The notes under the pieces were generated by a model that saw only the letters and a program-made list of their open reading frames with translations, made no database searches and was not told the origin of the DNA. A program made the translations under genes and the position numbers. This document shows positions 11,701-36,865 of a DNA stretch of 64,000 bases, piece after piece. Positions within the stretch are counted from its first letter, which is position 1, and every line of letters begins with the position of its first letter. The stretch is from positions 29,173-93,172 of the forward strand of contig NMRA01000939.1 in the NCBI GenBank assembly GCA_002633005.1, written 5' to 3'. The DNA is from Phoronis australis (lineage: Eukaryota > Animalia > Phoronida).

Positions 11701-14700
11701 CAATTTTTTTTGGAAAATTTGAACTCTCAGTTTTGGAATCCAGGATAAATCCCCGCCCATCGCAAAGCTATATATTTACTATAAAGCTTTGCACCAAGGT
11801 GAATCAATGGACGGTCAACGCTAGTCGTAGTACATCACACACAGTCCATGACTGAAACCCAGTGTTTATCTTTTAGAACATTGAGTGCTCAACATGAGCT
11901 GCAGATTGTATTTGCAACCTGCAGTCTGGAAATGCGTTTGGAAATGTCGTAAGTAAATTAGGAAGATTCTCTGGAAGTCAGTGATGTTGGCAACTTGTAA
12001 CATACTAGTATCTGGAGTCGGCTAAGAAATTGTAACTTGTCATCATAGAGATCGTATTGTTTTTCAGATGGCCAAGACACAGAAAAACAAAGCAACTTCT
12101 GGTCATCTCGGTTTATTGAAAGCTCGCTTGGCTAAACTCCGGCGAGAGTTGATTGAACCAAAAGGCGGCGGTGGGGGAGCTGGGGAAGGGTTTGATGTCG
12201 CAAAGACAGGGGATGCAAGGATAGGGTTTGTTGGTATGTTTCAATTGAGTGAATTTGTGGCAATGGTATGAACATTCGACTTCATAATTTTCAAAGAATA
12301 AAAAGATCATAAGGTGCTTTTCAGTAGGCAAATCACTTACTGAAAAGTACTGTGGGTCTGGTGAGTCAAATGTTCCCACCCTCTTCCTATTGGCCTTGTT
12401 CTCTGACTGGATTTCCCGCGTCAGGTTATCCTGACAGTAAGAGATTCATCTATCGAACATGATATCAGAAAGCAATGAAAACCTATTCCATCGCATAAAT
12501 TGCTGGTTTTTGCTTGCCATTTTGTCGCACATGTATACCTTGTATGTATTCTTAAGCTTACATTTGAAAGTTGGTTGATGCCATACAAGTTAGGATACTT
12601 TGGGTTGGGTGGTAGTTGTTGAATGTTTTAGTGTGACATTCTATTGTGTTCCCCTAGGATTCCCCTCTGTTGGCAAATCAACCTTGTTAACGAACTTGGC
12701 TGGAGTTTATTCAGAAGTGGCGTCATACGAATTTACCACCCTCACCACAGTGCCCGGGGTTATCCGGTACAAGGGAGCCAAAATTCAGGTGGGTACTCAA
12801 GTGTTTTGATTTTCGCAAGGGCATACTTATTTCTGTAGGGTCATTCTTAAAGTGGCATAGAACATGGAAAACAGACTAAATTGCACAATTCAAAGTGGTA
12901 ATTCAAACTGTTCACTGACAGACTTGTTTTTCCACTGGCTCCGCGTTTTCTTGTCTTTGATTAATGCCGGGAAGGCGAAGAACTTGGCATCACGAATCCA
13001 CGGATATTTGTTAAGGTTATCCAACGTTTTCCAGTCAGAGTTGTAGCCAACAGCACAGCTTTAATACCTCGTTGGCATTGGAGGGACACATAGAGTAATG
13101 CAGCAGCTGAGAAAAACTTGTAAAGAATACAACAATAACAAAAGACTATGTGGAACTCCAATAGTGTGAAAACCATTAGGCTACAAAAGTACTTGATGAA
13201 CATTGCAGGCATTGTGGGTAAACACAGCGAGATTTGAGTGTCCCTGTGTAATCTGGGGTGCCCCTATAATGGTAGCCATGTTATTTCACACGGGCATAAT
13301 GTTACTGAAAATCTGCAAGATAAACACAGATGGTTGTCAAGTGATGACAGACATTATGAGAAATGTTCAGATTCAACTGAGTGCAACAATCCCAACATTC
13401 ACATAGCCAATCCACAAAACAAGGAATCTTGTTGCTGGTGTATTGTAACTGTCATTGAAAGCACCCTGGCTTGCACTCCATTTGTACATGTTATATGGAT
13501 GCATCAAAGAATGCATTACATGTTATACGGATACATCAAAGAATGCAATACATGTTATACGGATACATCACAGAATGCAATACATGTTATATTGATGCAT
13601 CAAAGAATGCAATACATGTTATATGGATGCATCAAAGAATGCATTACATGTTATACGGATACATCACAGAATGCATTACATGTAATATAGATGCATCACA
13701 AAATGCAACACATGTTATATTGATGCATCACAAAATACATTACATGTTATGTGGATGCATAAAATAATGCAATACAAAAACAAATACACCCCCGGCTTCT
13801 TGGGCTTATAAGCCACTTGATGAAAATTAACATGTGACCGGTTATACACAATACACTGTAGGCTGCTCTTGCTCCAATCTATAGTTCTATTTAAATTCTA
13901 GTTGCTCGACTTACCTGGGATTATTGAAGGTGCCAAGGATGGTAAGGGGCGCGGTAAACAGGTGATTGCTGGTAAGTAAATGCATAAATGGATAATTTCG
14001 ACATGTCAGTCAAGCTAATTATTCAGGTCACAGGAATATGTAAACACACCATTAGTTAGCCAGCTGAGTCTTGCACACATCTGTTGTGAACAAAAGTGTT
14101 AAGATGGTTGTACGATGCAGCTGAGGCACTTGCAGTGCATGTCAACGGTATGCAGAGAAGGAAAGAGGTAGTTTTTGATACTGATAAAAGCATGTAGTTT
14201 TGACGATTAGATAAATATACTCGTAGGTAAATCACAGACTATTATGAAGTATCTATGGGTAAACAAACACAGAGTGAAAGAAATTCAGCTTCAAAACATG
14301 TCACAAATATTTGTTATTTTACTTTATTTTATTTTATTTGATACCTAAATTGAATTAAACATAGAACTGTGGATGGCAACATGACTTATGGAAATGTCAA
14401 CCAAGACACCTAACCCTTGACCATCAGTGGACACCTAACACTTGACCATCAGTGGACACCTAACACTTGATCATCAGTGGACACCTAACACTTGACCATC
14501 AGTGGACACCTAACACTTGACCATCAGTTGACACCTAAAACTTGACCATCTGTGGACACCTAACACTTGACCATCAGTGAACACCTAACACTTGACCGTC
14601 AGTGGACACCCAGCACCTGACCATCAGTGGACACCCAGCACTTGACCATCAGTGGACACCTAACACTTGACCATCTGTGAACACTAAAAACTCAAATACA

Positions 14701-17700
14701 GTCAAATTTCATGAAAATGGTTTTACCCATTAGTTTTGTGAAATAGCTTACTAGGACTCATTATCTTGTTACATGCCTTTATTTTGCTTTTAAAATTGTC
14801 TGTGTTGGATGCAGAGTATTCAATCCTGTAGTGTATGAAATTAACCAGTCATTAGACTGCATTATGTTTGATCTTCAACCCCCCTCTAGTGGCACGAACA
14901 TGCAACATTATCTTCCTTGTGCTGGACGTGTTGAAGCCACTACAGCACAAGAGACTGATCGAGCATGAGCTAGAAGGCTTTGGCATCCGCCTCAACAAAT
15001 CACCACCAAACATCTCATTCAGGAAGAAGGACAAGGGAGGCATCAACCTCACTGCCACGGTAAGCGGTGCAGCGCTTGCGGTCGTTCCACGGCCGTGACA
15101 CTGTGGTGTAATTGGGGAAATGCATGTATTTGTGTCATGCACTCTTTGTAAAACGGACAATGGTATGAAATGAAGCAGACAGGCTCTTGATACTAGTACT
15201 ATAAAGCCATGCAAAGCATATCTGTGAAATGAAGCACACAGCCTCATGATACTGTAACTGTACACCCATGCAAATCATGAAATGCCTCCATCTTGGTGGC
15301 ATTTCTCCATAACCAGTATGCCATAGTTTTGACCAGTTTATAACATGAATTGTCGTACGGCATGTAACCAATTGCATGCGTGTTTTCCTGTGTCTTGACA
15401 AAAGAGCTAACCATTTGGCAACAGGCTTGGTTCTCTTCTAGCTTGATTGTGATTAAAGCGAGTGGTGTCTTCAAGATCGCCATAGACTGCCTGTGGGTTT
15501 CCTCCATTTTTATCGGCATATATCTCATATCTCTGTCTCCAGCACTACTGGCTCCCATTTGTGAATCTCTTCCAGCCACTAAACCAAGGCAGCTGGTTGT
15601 GAACGCCAGCAAGTTGACCATTCTAAATTTTACCATAGTTGCCTTTTGTGCTGAAAATTGTGGCATAATTGGCTTTCGTGCTGCTATTTCTAGGAACCAA
15701 CTGCTCACCAAGTTTCCTGGGATCTGTTTTATGAAATGTGACTTAAGGCTTATTAAGTCAGAAATTTGGTCTTACCCTCCACAAAACTATTTCTGAAAAA
15801 TAATTAAATGTCACTTGGACAAAATTGCAGAGTCTCAGAGAATGAACATATAGCTACAAGTTACTGAGAGCTTCATCTATAAATATTTCCAGACTGTGAT
15901 GCGCTGGCAAACTCTTGGCAAAGTCTTTATTCAGAAATTGTGAAGTGGAAGCATAAGACCCAATTTGTGTGTGAAGTCCAAAGTGATATTTCATGATACA
16001 GACCCCTGGATGTTATCAGAGATTCTTTTGTCCTTTATCAATGGTCTTTTCTCATTCAGTAATTTGTGTTGATGGGATGTGGTACAGGTTAGCTCTGCAC
16101 CTCTTGAGCTGTTTGCTTGGTCCTCTTCGGGCATCTTGTATTACTTGGTAGAATGAAATTTCTCCGAGTTTTTTGCTTTGTCATGAAATTTTTTTTGTTT
16201 TTGTTTTTTTGTTCACGTGCTACAGATCGCATTTGTTATCCAATCAGGGTGGAATGTACACATAACAGGTGTATCGTGAAAAGCTCAAAGACCATTGTCG
16301 CTGTGGCGGCCATTTATTCACTTTTTTGATTTGCGGAGCTATAGCTCAGCTGTTTCTGGTGGGATTTTTGAAACTTTTTTTCTGTGAATAGATCATTTCA
16401 AGGGCATTAGGAAGTTTGCAACTTGTTATCTCAGGTTTGCAACTTGTTATCTCAGGTTTGCAACTTGTTATCTCAGGTTTGCAACTTGTTATCTCAAGCG
16501 CTTACCGTTTTTGAGTTATTCCAGATATTCTAGTGACTGTCTTGATAATAAATTGGATTTTCACACTGTATCTCCAGCGTCCTGTGACGAATCTTTCTGA
16601 AAATTGGTACATGGATAGATCTCGTGATATGCTATCTATGCATTGCCATTCATTTCTCGCTACGACTTAACTTTCTCAAAATATTCGAACTGCTCCGATG
16701 ACTGTTCCTTTATTGATTTATTTCTAGCTGTACTTTGGTGTTCTATCATATTCGCGCTAGAAATCGCATTTTTCGTCTAATCGACTTTAATTGTACGTGC
16801 AGTTTTTATCTAGTCAAGAGCTCGAGCCCGCTGGTTTGTGGGCAAAATTTGACACAAGATGGTGCTGTAACTGGCATATTTAGAATACTGTTTGCAGAGC
16901 TAGAGCTCCGCAGTCCTTTGACTGTAGCTTCTCAAATTTGGTATGTAAATAGATCTCCTCAAGGGCTGTCTGCAATGCGTTATTGGTTTCTTGCTACAAC
17001 TTGACAGCGTTTTCTAGTTATTTGAGATTTTTTCTGATTTGACAAATTCCTCTAATGGTTTACCATTTACTGTGCGCTAGTGTAAGAGTCTTCGCAGTCA
17101 TGGTTCTTGGTGTTTGTGGTTTCATTGTCTACCTCACCTCTAAATTTTCATTCAATTTCGCTAAGTGTCGCACTTTCATTTTGTTGTCACTGCTTTAAAA
17201 GTTTTGATTTGAATGTCAAACTGTTATGCTTCTTTCTAGAGGTCACACAGCAATGAGAAAAGTGGCAAAATGCTCACAATAAGTATTAAAATAATTAATG
17301 CAGCTATGATTGCAAAATTTGTTATAGTAGTTAAGATTTTTATACATTATTATTTGTCGGTTAGAATATGGAATTAATGTTCCTTTAATAAAACAGTTTT
17401 AAAGCTGGACATGCTGGATTGGTCCTAGCTTCAATTACATCTTTTTTTAATTGACATGTACTATGTTTTGCTATGCAAGGCAGTGGAGGTAAGAGTCGGA
17501 TATAACGTGCCAACATTTTGAGAACCAGTTTTCTCCACTGAATAACGAGCATCAAACTGGTGCTCAAAATGTGGGCATGTTATATGCGACTATTGCCCGA
17601 ATGGACATATCACTTTATACTGATAAGTCACGTTATGGTTTCTGACTTCTGTGCCATTGGGCTGTGATTTCTTTGCGGCGAAACATGACAGTGTAGTTGT

Positions 17701-20700
17701 CAGCGTGTTGACTGTCTCACTAAGCAGCTTTTGTGTTTGATTACAGGTGACTCAGTCCGAGCTAGATATGGACTTAGTAAAAACTATCCTGGGTGAATAC
17801 AAAATACACAATGCTGACGTCGTGCTAAGGTAATGACGGGAGTTAAAGAGAGGCTATCTGTTCACTCGGAGGCTGTTTACCCAGGGGTTAATCAGTCTAA
17901 TATTAGATGGGAGTGCAACGTGTAAGATATGGATTGTGTACAGTTGGTGTTTTCGCCGAAAATATCCACTGTAGTTGTTTACAAAATTAAGGCCACCTCC
18001 TACTGCAGAGTTTTATGGCAAAAAGGTGGTTCAACAAGACACTTGCGGTGATAGAACAAATGCTTATGTTGGTTTTTTACTTAAAATGTTATCCTAAGTG
18101 ACCCCCTTCCCTCTCCCCTGCCCCAGCCCTGAGGAGCTTTCTTGGATGGATCTACAACATTGTATTGATATAAGCTGTATTGACCTCTGCCATGTGAACA
18201 ATACATGTGTTGCAAAGTACGAGCTGTATTATCCCCTGCCTTGTGAACGGTAGATGTGTTGCGTAGTATGACCTGTATTGACCCCTTCCTTGTGAACAGT
18301 ACATTTGGTGCATTATACAAAAATTATACATGAGTTTTCTGTGGCAAATTTGGTGCTAGAGCTAATGTATATTGTGTCCATCCTCTTATTTTGGATCAGT
18401 TGTGGGATTCTCATCAGCGCTGCAGGCCATTGTATGGTTACCCCTTGAAACTACTGTTGTGATGTATAAGCACAGTCAATGACTTGTCACATCACTCACA
18501 TGCCTTATACTGAGTGTTAGCCATCACTGTATGTTACTGAATTGTAGGTACGATGCCACGTCTGAAGACCTGATTGATGTCATTGAAGGAAACAGGATAT
18601 ACATACCCTGCTTATACCTACTGAACAAAATAGATCAGATTTCCATCGAGGTAGGGTTTGGCAGCCAGATTATTGTGTAGTTTCATATTTATGCAGGGAG
18701 TCGGTCTGCTGGGGCCTCATATTTTTCACAGTTACTGAAGAATGTGATTCTTTAAGTCTAGAGCGAATACTCTAAGCTTGTTAACGTACAGTTCTAAGGA
18801 GGTGTACCGAGTTGTTTTATGTGCTTAAAACCACTGTTTATCTTGTTTTGACAAGTGACTACATTGTCAGCTTCATTAAACCTTCCTTTATAGTGCTGCA
18901 TATCACAACTGTGAATTTGATATCACAAAAAACGAGAAAATAGAAGAAAAGCGACTTTAATATAAAAATTTTAGCTCCTCAGATGAGAGTATGACTTATG
19001 AAATCAATGTACTTTGCGGCAGTGCGTCATGTCCACCAACACACAAGTTTCCTGATAGTGTTTGCGACTGTTCTAATTTGACAGCTTATCGACTGGCAGG
19101 GTTGTCTTTGGTGTTTTGATGTGAAAGTGGTGATTTTAAGCAATTTAAGGTTGTTGGGAATGGCCGATTTGATTCAAACGAACGCTTCAGATATAACTTA
19201 TGCACTGTTCTCCAAAATGCTTTGGGAATTGTTTTTGAATTGTTTTGTTTTTCATAAGATGCTGTTGAAAAATGTGACTTTTATGTTTTTATGAAAAAAT
19301 AATAGTTTTATAAAACAAAAATAAAAAGAACATCTTGGAGTTTCGAAGGTTTTTTGAGTTTTTGTTGTCATGTTCTTGATACCGTTGTTTTGATCTAAGT
19401 GAAAGTTTGTTGACCCAGTCAATAAGTTCACATTTTTACTAGAGTTTGTTGACCCAGTCAATGACAAGGGGCTGAAGTCAAATTTTACACAATATCTGCT
19501 TTCAGAAAATATGTTTTAAGCGAGGTGAATTGTGTCTATAGTTTTGCAGACATTTGAGTTTATCCAAAGACTTATTGCTAATATTAAACTTTGGAGTAAC
19601 GACAGGTCGTGTATGGAATGACGACTGTGCCATTTGCTTTGTTCAGATGTTTTTTTCAAATCCAGAATTAAATTTCCATCGCTGGTCTTGGACGTCGTCA
19701 TTCTGTCCAGTGTTGTGAAACATTAGGCTTTCTGTTGACATTGTACTTATACGTATTTAGAAATGGAAGCAGTGCTTTAATTTGGATGGTCTGAAGGAAC
19801 GCTGTTCGTCTTTTTTCCAGGAACTCGACATTATATACAAAATCCCACATACTGTGCCCATATCTGCCCATCACAAGTGGAACTTTGATGATCTGTTGGA
19901 AAAAATGTGGGACTACCTCAGTTTGTGTCGAATGTGAGTTGATTGAAATCGCCGTGTATACTAAAGCACAGCCCATGAGAGCTGCAGAAATCCTATCATT
20001 TGTTCACTCCCAAATGTTTACAAGTTATATCAGCTGGGTATTTTGCATGTTTCACACTTTGCCTCAAAGAGTAACAGCTTGAGATTGACCATTGACTCAG
20101 TGGGCTTTTTACTGTTCTGTGGCGCAATGTGAATGTTAAAGCAGATCTAGGTCACTTCAGCAGTGCACGCATTTTCTTTATTTTCCAATGACAGTCCTCT
20201 CTAGTATGTCAGCATATGCTAAAACTGTGATTTTTCTGGTTTCACATTCCAAATCACTGTGTTGGGTCTGTCAAGTAGTTTTTGTTGAAGTTGATCCATT
20301 AGTCTTTGGAGTATTGAACGTAATCGTCGTTGTATTTAGGGGATTCCACCTTCATTCGTAATTACTGTGGTGATTGGCTAGGCTTTGTGGCCTGCACATG
20401 CCCGGTATGATGCGAAAGGAGCGGGGTCACATGCACCTATATGCTGCAGTGGGCATATACAAAAGGATACTAAACCCTGTTTTGATGATTCCAACCTATC
20501 CTTGTTCTGTCACCTGCTAATGCATCGTTGGCGTTAATGTTCTAAGTTAAAGACAGGAATCAACTCATTTTCTGGATGTCACAGATTGGACGTTATGGTC
20601 CTTGGTGGGTGACCTCTTGCCGGGTAAATCACTAAAACGTAGGTCACACTTGCCCGTTAGGCCGACTTTGAAAGGAGTTTTCAAATTTTCCTCCAAACTT

Positions 20701-22346
20701 TTGAGGATTGTCGAGGTTACAGAGCAGAGTTTGGTATCCTTTTATCTAGTGGGGGTAAGCGTCATTGATCTACTGCACACTTCCTTGTATAAGTCCTGGA
20801 CCCGCCCTTGTTACCTGTATCTAATTGTGTCACTTGTGCTGTCAGTTACACAAAGCCCAAAGGCCAGCTACCTGACTACTCAGCCCCTGTTGTTCTGCGG
20901 ACGGATAACACAACGATTGAAGATTTCTGTAACAAACTGCATCGCAGCCTTATCAAAGACTTTAAGCAGTAAGTCTTCCTGGCATTATCTCTTTGATCTA
21001 TAGAACTGTATACTATACTTATAAATTTATTTATTTGAGTGATTTCTTGGTGGTTCTGTTATGTCATAAATAATGACCAAAGGTCTAGTTAGCAAGGTAG
21101 ACATTTCAGAGTGTCTGAAGAGTTCACAATAAGTGTACTGTACGGTACTTTGGCTTTCCTGTATACACAGGGAAAGTGTTTTAGTGACGGGTCACACAAT
21201 TGAATGATTTCATGGCCGACATGCTTGGTGTCCCCAAGTCGGGGTCAAGCTATCTAATAAGTTTCAGCAAAGCCATTGAGTAAAAAACAAACATTGAAAA
21301 GAATGTAATCTATTTTGACAGTGCTTTGGTGTGGGGTTCATCTGTGAAACACCAGCCTCAGAAGGTGGGTAAAGACCATGTGCTGAATGATGAGGATGTG
21401 GTCCAGATTGTTAAGAGGTGAGTGTTGTTAGTTTAGAGTGTTTTTGGCTATACCCGTGGTGGTGAAGCAGTCCGGTGGTAGAATCCATCAATACTTCGAC
21501 CAAATCTTTGAATACAGACAGTGGACTCTACCAGTCCTGCCACCGGATTTAAAATCAGCTCGTGTGCTGCCTAAAACAGTGCGGGTCAGACCTTTAAATC
21601 CATTGCCCATGCTCCATAAACAAAGGTCAGATACTTTGCCAAAGAAGTACTGTGTAGTTGCTATATTCTTCACTTGAATATGTACTTATGACCTAATTAG
21701 ATGGTGGACATTAGCATGCATTCAGGCAGTGAAGTACTTGATGTGTAAATTGTATGTACAACTCACTATATTCTCCCGTTGCAAAGCTGCCTAGCTTCTT
21801 TAACTGGCTAATGGGGAAAGACCGATTCTGGGGGCAATTGAGTAGACGTCTCAAGATGTTCCAGGACCCTGGACCATGGATTGAAACAACTTGCACTCAT
21901 TGTTGAAAGCTGAGAACCCTCCCTGAATAGTGTATGGTCAGCTTTAAGTTGTCTTAACTGATGGTCCAGGCTCCTGAAGTTGTTTATGGACCAATTCAAT
22001 CATCGTAGGAATCAGTTCATGGCTGTTCCACAGTAGGAGCCAGGCAACTCTGTAACACCCGAAGGAAAATACAGCGAATATTCCTTGAAATTTTAATTTG
22101 TATATAACTGAACTAATTGTCTTCAGGTTGCCATTCTTGCACACTGTGACTATAGACTTTACTTTTAATTTGTACACTTTGCCTTCTCTTTCAATTTAAG
22201 GGCAAACTGTTATCATTTTCCACAAGTTGAAATTACAAGATGAGAGTTGCATCATGTTACGTAGGTTGAATCCTAAGAACATTGATTTCTCAACCATGTA
22301 TTGGCAACAGTCTGCAATTATATTGTTCTTTCTTTGCAGAATTTAA
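8726..22346 (+). CDS. DRG1: Developmentally-regulated GTP-binding protein 1; exons 8726-8764, 12068-12233, 12658-12788, 13902-13971, 14890-15059, 17747-17829, 18548-18650, 19821-19933, 20846-20968, 21322-21417, 22340-22346 (366 aa)
   Basis: [13 protein letters not shown]|[39 protein letters not shown] (G1), YEFTT (G2), DLPG (G3), NKID (G4) and a C-terminal TGS domain ([28 protein letters not shown]). Exon lengths sum to 1101 nt in frame. Residues are DRG1-type rather than DRG2-type. Confidence 0.95.
9396..9905. mobile_element. Non-autonomous hAT-like DNA transposon with 6-bp TSD
   Basis: TIR cagggcttggaat...attccaagccctg flanked by the direct repeat aagtat on both sides. Second copy at 27737-28213. 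Confidence 0.85.
10192..11379. mobile_element. Non-autonomous hAT5-like DNA transposon with 5-bp TSD
   Basis: Termini cagtgtttccc...gggaaaccctg flanked by ataaa on both sides. Internal 16-bp tandem repeat (gcgatcatttttacta) near 11183-11247. Confidence 0.7.
13484..13775. repeat. Minisatellite, about 32-bp unit, about 9 copies
   Basis: Unit acatgttatacggatacatcaaagaatgcaat; source of the periodic ORFs in the track. Confidence 0.9.
14405..14684. repeat. Minisatellite, 25-bp unit, about 11 copies
   Basis: Unit gacacctaacacttgaccatcagtg. Confidence 0.9.
16414..16496. repeat. Tandem repeat, 21-bp unit x4
   Basis: Unit gtttgcaacttgttatctcag. Confidence 0.9.
20461..20743. mobile_element. MITE-like element with inverted termini
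   Basis: aaaaggatactaaaccctg ... cagagtttggtatcctttt; a related terminus occurs at 4356. Confidence 0.45.
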
Positions 22347-22397
22347 ATGCGGCTGCCAAGTAGAAGCATGAAAATTTGAGGCATCCAGTTGAGAAAA

Positions 22398-22626
22398 CAG
22401 ATAAAATTTTGAATCTAATTCTGGAATAAAACTTACCGTACTAGAGTTAGCGATGTTGCATCTGGACACACTTACTAAAGTTAGCAATGTTGTGTCCAGA
22501 CACACTTACTAGAGGTAGTAATGTTGCGTCTATACACACTTACTTGAGTTAGCAATGTTGCGTCTGGATACAACGTCGCTAACTTTAGTAAGTTTTATTC
22601 CAGTATTAGATTCAAAATTTTATCTG
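22398..22626. mobile_element. MITE with about 40-bp TIRs enclosing a roughly 33-bp tandem repeat, in the DRG1 3' UTR region
   Basis: cagataaaattttgaatctaattctggaataaaacttac ... gtaagttttattccagtattagattcaaaattttatctg. Confidence 0.7.
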
Positions 22627-22936
22627 AGACGGCCAAGTATTGATGACCAAATCTGATGCCATATCGAGGCTGACGGCTTGAAGTCCTTTAAAATTATCAC
22701 AGAAAGCGAAAACTGTTACGCTCTTTACAGTCTTCCTAAAATAATGCGAAAATTAAGATTGTGCTTAAGAGTGGTTTGTGCAAAGCAACTAAACTGTCAG
22801 TTTTAAATAAAATAAACTATTGTCAGAAGTCAGAAGTTGTTGCTGAACTGCCTCCAGGTGTTTACCACAACAAGAAATTAACGTAATCTGTTTATTTTTT
22901 GTTGCCCCTTTGTGGGTGAGAATGGCAATTTTAACC

Positions 22937-22971
22937 AATAAACGCGATATAGTTCAAGTAACAGTTTTATT
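22937..22971. promoter_or_regulatory. Opposed candidate polyadenylation signals of convergent DRG1 (+, AATAAA 22937-22942) and GPS1 (-, AATAAA 22971-22966)
   Basis: Canonical hexamers on opposite strands between the two stop codons. Other AATAAA hexamers occur nearby (e.g. about 22806). Confidence 0.4.
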
Positions 22972-24169
22972 TTGTTGGTGAATTAAGAAGTCACGTAGTA
23001 TGTACAATATACCATAACACAATGACCAGAGCAACATTCCTTTGTACATTATTTTCAACTTTATAAACTCAGTCCTTAAAATACAATCAGTACAATGGGC
23101 AACTGTGGAAATAGATTGGCTTAATGTTTTGAGTTTGCAAGCAATTTAAAGAACTAGAAAATGGAGCTGATACCCATCTGTACTGCAACACCAACAAAAG
23201 CATTTGTCAAAGTTGGGGAGAAAACAACATTAAACAGATGAAAAAGTGAAAACTTCTTAACAATAATACATGAATCGAACTCTCTTGTGCAGTTCATACA
23301 GCTGCTTTTTCAATTTCTCCTATCAAATCCAACAGGCCTGGCTGATAAACGGCAATTGATAATACCTGGCAGGTTTCTTGAACTGAAGTAAAGATTGCGG
23401 AAGTTGGACATGCGCAAGTCAGATTTTTACTGAACCCAGACAGTAATGTTCAGACTAGATTGTACAGGTAGGTGGCGTTGTCAAAGTGCGAACTCTAGTT
23501 TGTGCACTCGACCCTTCATATGAATCCGATTTCAGTAAAAAAATCTCGCAGTATGGTAGCAAGAGTTTTACCGTTTCTGATAAAAAGTTGCGCGTGAGCA
23601 AGCATTTTGGATATTCAACGAGCTAATACATGTTCTCAAGTGTCAAAATTAAGTTACTAAATTAGAAAGAGAAACTTACACTTCCTACTTTGCGCTCTAC
23701 CCACAGTCTACTTTGGTACGCAAGCTCAAACACAGCTTTCTCGCAATCTAGCGCATGGGTCTACTCTGTAGCAGCTTCAGGTCCTTCATATTTCAAGACC
23801 CGCTTAATATCGGCCTTGAGCCGCTTTTTTCTCAAATATTTTGTAGTACAAGTCCAAACTAACTGATGCCTTCAAGGGTCACAAGCCAAATTCCCTTTTC
23901 TCATATTTCCACCAAAGCACTTTCAGTTCCATCCAACACAAACGGCTGGTGTGATATTAATAGTCACTACCCCAGCCTGAATGACTAAAGACAACAGAAT
24001 TGTAACAAACAGCAATTTGACTTCTTCAAAACCGGCAACAATGAGCTTAAGTACTGGGTTTTCACCCCGTCAAGGTTCATATAATGTCTGATCATATCTG
24101 AACACTTCACTGTGTTGAATTCAGCTTGTGTCCCTTTAAGTCAAAACCATCATTCATCCAGTATTAGCT

Positions 24170-36758
<12,589 letters not shown>

Positions 36759-36865
36759 GTTTGGGAAAAACCGGAAAAGAATGAAACTCTCGTTAGTTCT
36801 CGTATGTGTCGTGAAACTCTTTTTTGTTTGGAGGTTCAGTTGTTCTATTTGCGCGCTTCATCAAA
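36759..36865. promoter_or_regulatory. Compact bidirectional promoter / 5' UTR region between GPS1 and NUDT1
   Basis: Lies between the GPS1 ATG (-, 36758) and the inferred NUDT1 AT|G (+, 36866). Contains an ETS-like ccggaa. Confidence 0.55.

Noticed and set aside
13238-13767. ORFs of 150 aa and 98 aa
   Set aside because: Largely derived from a 32-bp minisatellite in a DRG1 intron.
20734-20743. Perfect U12 donor motif GTATCCTTT in DRG1 intron 8
   Set aside because: It is part of a MITE terminus (inverted copies at 20461 and 4357), there is no U12 branch site, and no exon precedes it.
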